A stretch of 63,990 nucleotides of DNA, filler included, from Fonticula-like sp. SCN 57-25 (taxonomy: Eukaryota): NCBI GenBank assembly GCA_001724245.1. It is 3 parts of 3 records of this genome, joined end to end, with 100 filler letters (N's around TTAATTAATTAA, not from the genome) between each part and the next. Parts side by side here need not be neighbours in the genome. Positions count along the whole stretch, not along the records: positions 26,755 to 54,103 come from MEDX01000057.1; positions 54,204 to 63,990 come from MEDX01000249.1; 1 more part is not named here. The stretch is one strand, 5' to 3'. The first letter of the stretch is position 1. Each line of letters begins with the position of its first letter. Positions 52,901-63,990 of the stretch are shown one piece after another. Position numbers and translations under genes: made by a program. The notes under the pieces are model-generated. The model saw only the letters and a program-made list of their open reading frames with translations. It was not told the origin of the DNA and did no database searches.

Positions 52901-53124
52901 CAAGTATAATATGTAAACCATTGCGCATATGAAATGCACGCTGTGTAAAAAATGAAGAGACTACCCTTCGATGACCAATCCCGACCGGTGGAGGTAAACA
53001 GGCGAGATCGAAAAGGCCGGCGACGCGCGCACCACAAAAGCGTACAAGTCAATTGTTTTATTTAAAGAGTCCAAAAAGGCATTCTCTTTCTAATTATAAA
53101 TGGCGAGGGAAAGCCGGTGCGGAG

Positions 53125-53336
53125 CTAGTGGTGCTCGCCCTTGGCGGCGGCGCGGGCGGCATCCTGCTCGTGCTCTGCAGGGCAAGTGAGTATAACTGAG
53201 AGAAAGAGTCAAAAAACGCACTGAGGTGAGGGTACTCAATAAGGTAGCCGAGGCCACCAACAAGCAGCATCGTGTGGATAACGGGCTGGGCCTTGCCCGC
53301 CTTGCCAAAGTACGCCTTGGCGTACCGCTGCATCAT
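53125..53336 (-). CDS. ATP17: Mitochondrial ATP synthase subunit f (fungal ATP17 type)
   Basis: RYAKAYFGKAGKAQPVIH..GYLIEYPHL/KHE..EHH after removing one intron (~53175-53221). The N-terminus appears short. Confidence 0.8.
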
Positions 53337-53855
53337 CTTGACACCGACTGGACACAAATCAAACAGCAACAAACTCATCTACGTCATCAGTGACGTCACC
53401 GTAATCTTTGGGCACGGTTTGGGCATTGCTGCATACGGAATGCAGCCAAGAGACACTTTAAATGCGGCGAAAAGCAAGCACGGCGTAGTAGACCAATACG
53501 TATGGTCATTTGGAACTATGTTAACTACAAGTTTCCTTTGATAAAGTACCAATATATGATCTATCCCTGGAATATGCCTTTAAAGAGATAATACAAGAAG
53601 CTGAAACGCCCCATATGTGACTGGCACATGGCGCCATATCAAATAGCACATATAAATAGTCATTTACTACCCATTTGCCGTTTGTATGGGGTCCGTGAAT
53701 GGCTTCTCCAGCCAAATACCAGCCGAAGCCCAAAGTCGCACGTGAATCGCATGCGATTTTCGGATCTTTACAAAATTGTTTTGAAAAGGTTTTGATCCGC
53801 TATTTTGAGAGGGCGTCGACGGTGAGATCGTCCCCTCGCTCATCGCTGCAGAAAG

Positions 53856-54103
53856 ATGCTGCCCGTGCGGACAGCGTCTGTGGCGCTTCTCCTCCTCTCC
53901 CTAAGCGTATGCGCTTTCTCTGTGGAGACGAGCCTCAACGCGTTCATCTACTCTGATGCGACGTCGCTTCCGTGCGTTCGCCTGCTGAATCAGGAGGGCA
54001 CGCTTGGCTGCCAGGCACAGGCCACCGGCGGCATCCTCTACTCGGTCAACACGTCGAGCCAGCTGGACACCTTCCTGAGCGACCCGTCGCTCAATGGGCG
54101 CTT
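53856..54103 (+). CDS. NCSTN: Nicastrin (gamma-secretase subunit) N-terminus, truncated at the gap
   Basis: Signal peptide followed by IYS....PCVRLLNQEGTLGCQ, the nicastrin small-lobe signature CVRLLN...GCQ. Confidence 0.8.
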
Positions 54104-54203
54104 NNNNNNNNNNNNNNNNNNNNNNNNNNNNNNNNNNNNNNNNNNNNTTAATTAATTAANNNNNNNNNNNNNNNNNNNNNNNNNNNNNNNNNNNNNNNNN
54201 NNN
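54104..54203. other. Artificial assembly/concatenation spacer
   Basis: 100 nt of N with a central TTAATTAATTAA. Confidence 0.95.
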
Positions 54204-54324
54204 GGATTGCGTTTTGATAGTGCAGGGATTGCAAACGGGAGGTGGGTGATTAGCGAAAGATTCTCTTATTTGTGATACACAGGGGTGGAGTCTACCCTTA
54301 AGGAAATCCGGGATTTCAGCCATG

Positions 54325-57300
54325 TATCAATTCCCTTCAAAATTCACGATGCCTATCAAATCCAATAAAGAACGTGATTACAATCTTACGTACAGACCAA
54401 GGAATCCTCTTCAAAAATCTCGACGCATATCAAACCTAATAAAGAACAGGGTTATGATTATTATCACAGTCCAGAATAATCCTCTTGAAAAATCAAAACG
54501 CCTTTCAAATCCAATAAAATAGGGGGATTATGGGATTACGACAGTCCATTAAATTTTGGTTTCGAAATCCGGATTTCAACTCTTCAACAATCCCCTTTAA
54601 AAATCAAAAGGCCTTTCAAATCCAATAAAGAACGGGTTTATATTTTTACGTACAGACCAACAATTCCCTTCAAAAATCAAATTGCCTTTCTAATCGAATA
54701 AACAACTTGATTACTTTTTTAGCCAATGTTATTTCCAGTATGGAGGACACACTTGCCATTGATACAGGCCCTCATAAACCATAAATGACTATGAAAAGGA
54801 ATACCGGTAAAAGACATGGATACATTCTTCGGGACAGACCCTCAATAAATCAAATTGCCTTTCAATTTGAATAAAGTCGGGCTTTCTACCAAACCTTAGG
54901 GACAGACTAACTCTCTCCAACCTGGCACCGACCCAACACCCGTCGGTCGCGGATGACCCCTCTTTGTCGGCGGATAATATGGAACTGAGTGATACCAAAC
55001 GATTACTAAGCCTCTTCTGCGCTCGCCGACAAATGGCTCACCCGAACTAATGCTTTTTGAGCGCAGGAGAGGTCTTGGAACACAGGTACCTCAAATCGAG
55101 GATACAAAGTGTACCATACAATCCAATCACTTGGATCCAAGCGACCGAACATAGGTGCCCTCCAGTGTTTTTGACTTTAGGGCTAAACGATCCTGCTCAA
55201 AAATACAATCTTGCTATTGATCACGATTTTCAGAAGAGATTAGGAGGAATTTGGGTTCCCGTAACCCAACCCGTAACCCAGATTCGCAACCCAGATGCCA
55301 AGACATAGCAACCATAAATATGTCATACGGGACAACGCATGTTGCAAGGAATACCAAACGGCATAGTATGGCCACAACGCAAGAGCCGCTACTTTAGAAC
55401 AAGAGAATGGGGTCTGCAAAGTATGCGATCACCATCTGGCATCCGACTCGACGCGGATGATTTCCGTCGGTCGCGGATGATCCCACATTGTTGGCAGAAT
55501 ATATGAAATTGAGTGGTACCAAACAACTATTGGGCCTCTGCTGCGCCCGCCTACAAATGGCCCACCCGAATTAACGCCTTTTGAGCGCAGGAGAGGACTT
55601 GGAAGACAGGTACTCCAAAACAAGGGTACAAAGTGTACTATACGCTCCATATCACTTGGATCCAAGACACCGAACATAGGTGATCTGCCCGTAGTGTCGA
55701 CTTTAGGGCCAAACAATCCTACTCAAAAATACGATCTTGTTATCGATTACTATTTTCAAGTGAGATTAGGCAATTGTGGTTCCCGTAAGGGAATCCCGTA
55801 ACCCAGATTCGCAACCCAGATGTCGTACAGTCCAAGTCCATTAATATGTCATACAGTATTGGACAACGCTTGCAGATATTACCAAATGGCATAGTACGGC
55901 CATAAAGCGAGAGCGCTTACTTTGCAGACCCAATATTCTTTCTCTAAAGCCAAGCGATCACCATCGGGCATCCGACGCGACACGGATGATTTCCGTCGGT
56001 CGCGGATGATCCCACATTGTCGGCGGATAATATGGGATTGAGTGGTACAGAGCGACTCCTGGGCCTCTGCTGCGCTTGCCTACAAATGGCCCACTCGAAT
56101 TAACGTCTTTTGAGTGCAGGAGAGGTCTTGAAACATAGGTACCCCAAACGAGGGTACAGTGTGTACTATGCACTCCATATCACTTGGATCCAAGTGGTCA
56201 AAGTCCACATTTTAACTCCTAACAATCCCCGTCAAAAATCAAAACGCCTTTCAAATCCAATAATGAACGGGTTTATATTTTTACGTACAGACCAAGCAAC
56301 TCACTTCAAAAATCACGATGCCTTTCAAATCCAATTAGTATCGGGTTTACTTTTTTACGTACAGACCAAACAATTCCCTTCAAAAATCAAAATGCCTTTC
56401 TAATCGAATAAACAACATGGTTACTTTTAGCCAATGTTATTTCCAGGAGGACCCGTCAAGGACAAACTTGCCAATAAATACAGGCCCTCGAAAATGAAAA
56501 CTGACTATGAAAAGGAATAAAAACGTGGTTACATTTTCCGCGACAGTCCACTCAATAAATCAAGTTACCTTTCGAACTGAATAAAGTCGGGCTTTCCGCC
56601 CATCCTTTCGGACAGACTAACTCGGACTTGAGCCAATCACAGGTCTTGGATTCAAGTCGGTTCTAGTCGGTTTTGTTGAAATAAATAGCCGAATCGGCTT
56701 GAAAAATCAAGTTGCCTTTCAAACCGAATAAAACCCAGAAATGTGAAACTTTTTCATTTTTGATCCCGAGCACCGACTCGCCTCGTAAAATAGACATTTT
56801 CAATGGAGCGCATTTTGAACGAGGTTTCTTTTTCGTGAGGAGGAATATATTCTTTCACAATCCTCTTCAAAAATCAAATTTGCCTTTCAAACGAATAATT
56901 GATGTGGTTTAATATTTGTTTTGGATTACAAACACAGCCTAAAAATCTCCGTGAAAAATCAGAATTCCCATCAAATCGAATAATGTCTGCGATTATGTCA
57001 CATCGCCAGCCTCCTCGCTCATATGAGACCAATGGTCGATATCTGGTCGATATCAGCGCAAGAAATAACAAAGCCGAATAAAGAGATCCAAGAGATCACA
57101 ATGCGTTTGGTCATATAAATAGCCCCTGGTGCTTAAGAGATTTGTTTAACAATGATTTTGCCCATCAGGAATGCTCACCATCCGAGCACAGCGGCGATGC
57201 GCGATATCGCTGCGATATCAGTTCGATATCGCGCGGGAAATGGTATAGCCGAGTAAAGAGATCCTAGAGATCACCTTGCATGTGGTCATTTAATGGCCTT

Positions 57301-57482
57301 TTGGTGCCCGAGAGACTCGTTTGACGACGATTCTGTCCATCTGGAGCGCCCAACATCCGCGTCACGGCCTCGTGGACGCGACCCCAATTGACCGTGGACG
57401 ATATCAGGATGATATCAGGTCGATATACGGCGGACAATAGTAAAGAGATCCGAGAGATCACCTTGCATTTGGCCATTTAACC
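54325..57482. repeat. Non-coding nested repeat block (~73-bp, ~525-bp and ~180-bp units)
   Basis: AAAATCAA..GCCTTTC.AA.C.AATAAA core ~13 times; CCGTCGGTCGCGGATGA at 54940, 55464 and 55993; AAAGAGATCC.AGAGATCAC at 57080, 57255 and 57442. Confidence 0.85.
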
Positions 57483-57641
57483 GCTGTTTATTGCTCGAGA
57501 AACTTCGATCAGCACTTGCAATGAAAATGATATATATTGTACTCATTGTACTCTTATAATGCCATACAAAGATGTTTCCAACAATTCAAACAAATGCGAC
57601 GAATATATATGCACAACTCTAGCCGAAATGCGGCCAATCAT

Positions 57642-60631
57642 CTACGTAAAGTCCCAGCTCTTGCTGTGCTCGACCGACTCGACCGACGACGTGTCGTCGT
57701 TATCCTTGGAGTCGCCGTGCGTGGCGAGCCACTGCTGGTACCTCGCGATCACCTCCGTAAGAATGCTCGTGTCGCCCGCGCGCTTAATGAACGGGTGCTC
57801 GAGCAGCTGGCGGGCCGTGGCGCGCTTCTTGGGGTCCTTTGACAGGCACTGCGCAATAAAATCCTTAAAGTTGGCCGAGTGCCCAGGCGACTGCAGCGAC
57901 GGCGCGGGGTTGCTCACAATGAGGTACAGCATGCGCATCGGGTGCATCTGCGCGTTGGGCGGCACGCCGTCCGCGCACTCGATCGCAGTGATGCCGAGCG
58001 ACCAAATGTCGGCGCGCATGTCGTAGCCGTGGTTCAGGATGATCTCGGGCGCCATCCACGCGGGCGTGCCGGTGAAGGTGTTCTTGCGCGTGAGAGAGTC
58101 GGTGAGCTGACCGGCAACGCCAAAGTCGCACAGCTTGACATCGCCGCGCTCGGAAAGCAAAATATTGGCGGCTAAAATAGGGAAAAAAGACGCGTTTTGG
58201 TTAGCTCTCTGCATCAAAATTCATGTTTCTGCGCGTATTTTCGTACCTTTAATGTCGCGGTGCAGCTTGCGCTGGCCGTGCAGATAGTCGAGCCCCTTGA
58301 GCACCTCGCGCATAATAATTGCAATGCACCTCTCATCGAGCGGCCCGCTCTTTAAAATATCAAAGATTGACCCGCCCGCCAGATGTTCCATAATGATCCA
58401 CAGCTGGCGCTCAACAATATACGACCCGAAATAGCGCGTAATGTGCGTCGACACAAACTGCGCCATGAACGCAATCTCCATCTGCAGCTCCATCAAATCA
58501 TCCTTGCGGTCTTCCAAATCAATAATCTTGATTGCGACAATCTCGCCCGTCTCCTGATCGAGCGCCTTGTACACTTCACCAAACGACCCGCTGCCAATCC
58601 TCTCAATCTTGCGGTACTTTTGCTTGATATTTATGCGCGACATTGTGCGCCTGAAAAACTGCAGCTGCTCATCCGACGCGCTCCTCTTGCGCCGCAGCGC
58701 CGCGAGCACCTGGCCGCGCACGACCGCCGCCTCCTCGAGCTGCTTCTTGTCCGCCGCCGGGCCGGCATTCCTCACGAGCGTCATGTGCGCAAAGTCAGCC
58801 GCCATCTGGTCCGCCTCGCGCGGGTTGGCGCTAAACGTCGCGTCAAACGAGCGCTGAACTTCGGGCGACAGAATTGCGCGATTGGGGCCTTCGAGGACAA
58901 CGTCCTGCTCGTAAAAGATGCCTTCGGCGCCCTCGCAGCGGCCGAGGTACTTGCCGTTGCCGCGGCGCTCGAGGATCGTGATCAGCTCGCCTTGAAGGAA
59001 CATGAGCTCATTGTCGTTCTCGGCAATGTGGTCGCGGATCGCCACGGCGGTTGCGGCTTCATCCTTTCTCGCGGGCAGCTTCACGGTCGTGTCGGGGCGC
59101 TTGGCTTTCCGGCGCGCCTTGCGCTCGGCTTCGTCTTCCTTGGAGGAGATCGAGCTGTCGTCGTCTTTTTTGGAGGAGGAAGAAGTGTCTTCCTTTTCAG
59201 ACTTGGTGCGCTTGTGCTTTTTCTTCTTGTCAGCGTCGTCCTTGTCGGCCTCTTTTTCCTTTTCTTTTTCCTTTTCCTTGCTGCTCTTGTCCTTGGATTT
59301 CTCTTCCTTGTCCTTGGATTTTTCTTCCTTGTCCTTGGATTTTTCCTTGTCCTTTGAGCGGCTTTCCTTGTCTTTCGACTTTGTCTCCTTTTCCTCCTTG
59401 TCTTTAGACTTGGATTCCTTCTCGTCCTTGTCTTTCGACTTGGATTCCTTTTCCTCCTTGTCTTTCGACTTGGACTCCTTTTCCTCCTTGTCTTTTGACC
59501 TGCTCTCCTTGTCCTCCTTGTCTTTCGATTTACTCTCCTTCTCCTCCTTTTCCTTGCGCTCCTTCTTGCCGCACGAGCTGTCCTTTAGCGGCTCGACCGT
59601 ATCCTTTAGCTCCTTTGACTTTTTCGACGCCTTTTCCTCCTTGGCCTCCTTGTCCTTTGACTTTTCCTTGACCTTTTCCTCCTTGGCCTCCTTCTCCTTG
59701 CTCGACTTTTTCGTCAGCACCTCGCTGTCGCCCGACTCTGCGCGCTTCTCCGCCGCCGCCGCGGCCGCCGCCGAGCCCGAGCGCAGAATTGTGCCTGTGT
59801 CCTGCGCCATGGACCGCTTCGTGGGCGTCTCGACCTCGATGACGGTGTCGCGGTTGGCGCCGCGCCTGCTCGACGACGGCTCGCGCATCATGACAGGGAC
59901 GGTGTCGTCCTTGGGCGCCGACTTGCGCTCCTTTTTCTCCTTGCTGCTCTCGACGGCGGCGTCGTACATCGGCGCGCGCTCGTAGGAGAGCGGGCCCGGG
60001 TTGACGACGTAGCGGTGCCGCTCCTCGTCCTCCATCTGCGCGCGCGCCCGCGACGTGATGATGCGGTTCTTGGGGCTGCTGCTGACGCGCGAGGCGCTGG
60101 AAGAGGAGCCGTCGAGCGCGTGCAGGAGGGGGGAGGAGGACGTGGAGGCGCTCGCCTTGCCGGCGTGCGAGGGGATTGGGATCGGCGCGGTCTGCGGCGA
60201 CGTCCGCTCCCACCAGGGGATCGACAGAAAACGGATAGAGTCGCCGTGAAGGGTGCCGGCAAAGCCCTGGCACTCGCCCTTGAACATGTTGTTGGGCAGG
60301 CGGCCGAGGATCGTCACCACGTCATCCTTGAGAAACATCAGCTCCTTGGGGGTGCTGGCAACGTGATCGCGAAGCGCGATGGCTTCTAAAAGGCCATCTG
60401 GAAAGAGGGAAAAAGAGGAAAAAAGAAAGGAAAAAGTAAGAAACCAGGAATGCAGCAAGGGGATCCCGCATGCGGCGTACCATTGGAGGGATCGTAGCAC
60501 TCGTCGCTCGCAAAGGGACCGAGCACGCGCGCCACCTTTAGGCGGTATCCCTTTCGCGTGATCTCGCCGTTGGTATACTCGCGGCGAAGGGCCTCAAGCT
60601 GCTGCCTAGCGAACGGGGGAAGAGCCGCCAT
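57642..60631 (-). CDS. STE20/GCK-family Ser/Thr kinase with N-terminal DMAP1-binding-like domain, two SH3 domains and a Lys/Glu-rich repeat
   Basis: IGSGSFGEVYK, VAIKIIDLE, HRDIK/AANILL, VKLCDFGVAGQL, TFTGTPAWMAPE; SH3 AIRDHIAENDNELMFLQGELITIL..G.CEG..GIF; introns 60398-60480 and ~58172-58246. Confidence 0.92.
59285..59560 (-). repeat. Coding tandem repeat (mostly 30-bp units) encoding KDKEEKESKS
   Basis: Repeated ccttgtctttcgacttggattccttttcct units on the + strand. Confidence 0.85.
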
Positions 60632-61427
60632 CTCTGGATCCAAGACCTCCACGGCCGTGCTGCTTAACCGCGGCGCCGTTGACACTTTCAACGATTGTAT
60701 AGTGTCCTATGAAGCCGGGCGGCCGAACGTACCGAGGCACACAGGGCTGCACCAAAGAAAATTCCTGCGCTGTCAACGCAAGAGTGTTGTATGGATGTGT
60801 AGAACACGCAGTTTACCGAACCACACTAGGTCGTCTAGAGATGCCACAAACAACAATAAGCACAACAGCGCAACCATGCAACCGAGGCGGAGATCAGTAA
60901 AGACGCGCGTACCGGCTAATAAAAAAGCTAGCTTTTCAACAAGACACTGCACAGAGCGTCGTAAAATAGCTTGTGCCGCGTCTGCGTCTGCCTTGGGTCC
61001 GCGTTCCACCGTTTGGTCAATGCGTCGTGGCCCGTCCGCCACGTTTCAGACTAAACAGGTCGAGTCGATGCGCGTTTGATGCCGCACCGTCCTCGGTTTC
61101 GCAGAGCAATTCCTCGCCTGGCGTCGTCGTCAAGCAGAAAGCGCGACGTCGCACAGGTTTGTGTATACTAAATGCCACTGCACGTGCTTTGACGCCGACA
61201 CACACACAACACACGCTTCGCTGCACGCCCCAGCCTGCTACCAAATATGATCGGGGGATTAATTGGTTCCGTTCGGCGATTGTGATTGGCTGATACATAC
61301 ATCGGCGTCCCAGTTTGATTGCGTGCAACAATGCTGCGGCAGGTGTATTGGAGCGGGGAGGCCACCCCGGGAGGTTTCGGGGTAGCATCCGTTGGTATTA
61401 CCTGTCGGTAACTGAGGCGGCGGCGAC

Positions 61428-63990
61428 ATGGCGACGACGGTGACGCCGTCGTCCGTTGATATGGATGATGTCGGCGAAAGGGACGAGATAGAGACGGCGC
61501 GCGATGCTGTCATCGAGTTGAAGCTATCTCAGCTAAAGTGCGCCGCATTTTCTGGTTAAATTGCTCTTGCTCATGTTTGGGGTCTAGGCAAGTCCGCGCG
61601 CGGCACGCAGCCCTGGTAGAGGACCTCTACTTTATGGAGAATGCGAGCTCGGTATTCATGTGGCCGCTGGATCGGACATTGATATCGGTGCCTGATGTTC
61701 AGAGCGCCGCTCAACAGTTTATTAGCGAGCGTTCCCTTCCGGGAAGGTGCGGATCTCGCGGATCTTGTCTGTCTGCTCACGCCCCGAGCAGCTCGTTCCT
61801 GGACACGACCGAGCCGACGCCCCCCGCCGCGGCGGAAGAGGAGCAGGCCGTGGAGTTGAAGCGCGAGGTGACCGAGCCGCCAGAAGGGTCAGAAGCCCCC
61901 GCTGCTTCCACCGACGCGGCCGACGTTTCGGAATCTGCCGATATTTCGGAAGGCGGTGCGCAGGTCGATTCGGCGGACGCCGTGCCGGTCCGCGCGCTGC
62001 TCGCGCCCTCGCCTGGCGCCGGCTTTGGCCAGGGCAAGGTGCTTGATACCACGCCGTTCTTCCAGGGCTGGAAGGCGCTGTCCGTGCACCACTCTCAGTT
62101 TGTGCTCCTTCGCGGCTCCAAGCGCATCGTCACTACCGACGACTGGCTAGCCGCGCGGCAGGAGCGCAAGACAACTTACATCGTGCAGCGCATTGAGGAG
62201 CTGCGGAAAGCGAACGCGTGGTCGCTGCGCCAGCTGAAGCGCTGGACGCAGCCGCCGCGCTACAAGTCGCCGTGGGACAATGTGCTGGAAGAGGCGGTGC
62301 GTGAATTTTCATATTTAAAGCGTGGCACTGACGCGAATGACCGTGTAGGAATGGCTGGCGGTTGACATGTACGAGGAGCGCCGCTGGAAGATGGCGGCCG
62401 CGTGCGTCTGCGCGCACCTCTGCCTGCGCTACTTTGCCGTCCAGAACAAGCGCGAAGTGCTCAAGCCGGTACGTCTGCCACTTTTTTGTTGCGTTTTTTT
62501 AACACGCATCGCTCGTGCAGTTCCGCATTCCGGGGACCAAAAAGAACAGTTTCCACGTCTCGCGGCTGATCACGTCGCCCATCGACGCCGCCCCGCTCGA
62601 CATTACCTTCCCCGAATGGTGGCAGGGCGTCGACTGGGACAACATTGAAGTTGATCTTTTCTGCGCCGCCGAAGACTTTGACGCAGTCGAAGGCAGCGTG
62701 CTCGCGCCGCCCGCCCCGCTTGAGCCCGAGGACGTTGCCCGCGCGGACCAGCACGGCTACATGCCCATCGTGCACGCGTCGCGCATCAGCGAGCGCGTGT
62801 GGAACGAGCTGTGCGCGAAGCGGCCGCACGAGGCGTCGCCCGAGCCCATCGCAAAGCGTATCAAGGCCATCACCGAGGAGCCATGTACGTTGCATTTGCG
62901 TTTTTTTTCGTTGTTTGCTGATAAAAATGCGTTCTTTTCAGCCATGTTTGACTCTGAAGCAGCGGACGGCGACTCGCAGGTGGACGCGAGCGAGGCCGAG
63001 GAGATTGAAAAGCTTGCTCACCCCTCTTCTTCTTCTTCGACCGCTGGCGCGCCCGAGCCCTCGCCGGCCCCCGCCGCCCCCCCGCGCCTCCGCAAACCCG
63101 AGGTCGACTGGACGCCGCTCGAGGACCAGCGCCTGCTCGAGTACTCGACGGCGTTTGGCATGCAGTGGAACCTCGTGGCGCAGTCGCTGAACCGCACGGC
63201 GGAAAACTGCCGCGAGCGCTTCAACCGCATTCAGAGCCGCGACAGCGATGCCAAGGTGCTCGAGGACATGTCGCTGTCGTTCTGGCACGACCCCGAGCCG
63301 CGCGGGCCGTTCACGGACGGCGGCTTGGCGTCGCTGCAGTCGACGTCGCTCAGCACGCCGGTTGCCGGCGGGCTCGGACACAAGGAGCTCGCAAACAAGT
63401 ACCTCTCGTCGTTTGAATTTTTCATCCAAAAGGCAAACAAGACGGGGACGGCGGCGAACAAGAGCGTCGGGTGGTCGTCGGGGACCGCCGCGTCGGCGCA
63501 GGGAGGGTCAAGGCCGACAAGAAAGATTTCGCTTGCCGCGCACGACTCGCACGCGGCGGTCATTGCAGAGATTGGGTACAACCCGGCAAAGCCGCTGCAG
63601 CCGGCAGAGCTCGCGCAGAGACGCCTCGCAGCAATTGCGAAGGTGCGTTTTTGCATATTTTTGGCATGAGTCAATTTTGGAGTCATTTTAGAGTCATTTT
63701 TGAGACATTTTTGCATTTTTTTCTGCCTTTTTATACCTTTTTTCACACTGTTTCTCGCGTCACTCACGCCATATTCTCCTTTAGAAACAAGCTGCTGCCG
63801 CTGCCGCCGCGAATGAGAGCGCAGCCGCTGCTGCCGCCGCCGCTGCTGCGAACCCCGCCCCCCACGCCGCCGCAATGGCCGCCGCCGCCGCCGCTGCCGC
63901 TCAGCCTCGCCCGTTCAAGCCTGGCGGTCTGATCCCGCCGCACGGCCAGCCGATGGTCGGCGGCGTCATTGGCCGCCCCGTTCAGCGCCC
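61428..63990 (+). CDS. EAF1: NuA4 scaffold subunit EAF1/VID21-like (HSA + SANT/Myb), 3' truncated
   Basis: RIEELRKANAWSLRQLKR..P...KSPWDNVLEEA/EWLAVDMYEERRWKMAAA (HSA); WTPLEDQRLLEY...WNLVAQSLNRTAENCRERF (SANT); AHDSH. Confidence 0.88.

Noticed and set aside
54325-54700. CRISPR-like array (conserved core recurring every ~73 bp)
   Set aside because: The repeats are degenerate, the 'spacers' resemble each other (ttacgtacagaccaa), there are no cas genes and the context is eukaryotic. It is a tandem repeat.
55429-56173. Paralogous short ORFs ending PTMWDHPRPTEIIRV.SDARW
   Set aside because: The similarity just reflects the 525-bp DNA repeat; frames and starts are not conserved among the three copies.

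Overview
This is eukaryotic, intron-containing genomic DNA with GC-rich exons and mostly 45-90 nt GT-AG introns (GTRCGC-like donors, CTRAC branch points). It consists of three sequence pieces joined by artificial 100-nt N spacers containing TTAATTAATTAA (26655-26754, 54104-54203). The gene mix (fungal-type ATP synthase subunit f and EAF1, together with nicastrin and single-pass receptor kinases) suggests an early-branching opisthokont protist such as a nucleariid; this is an inference. About 25 genes are recognisable, including RasGEF, M24 peptidase, a LysM protein, GMPPB, NDUFA9, transketolase, Rpr2, a trihelix TF, a DEAD-box helicase, TGS1, ENOPH1, GCFC2-like, MED1, ALG12, ATP17, nicastrin, a STE20 kinase and EAF1. 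The most interesting items are: (1) a three-member family of type-I surface receptors whose complete member has EGF + 21 tandem HRM/sushi-like 4-Cys modules + 2 FN3 + TM, coupled either to a dead pseudokinase or to a PPxY tail; (2) a DMAP-binding + SH3 + KE-repeat + SH3 + STE20 kinase fusion; (3) expanded introns with G-rich 5' and C-rich 3' mirror composition and recurrent ATGATCACGTGA palindromes; (4) a polyQ protein with a tandem divergent bHLH-like domain; (5) a 3.3-kb nested repeat block; (6) a MULE transposase relic. All domain calls are from motif recognition by eye; no searches were run.
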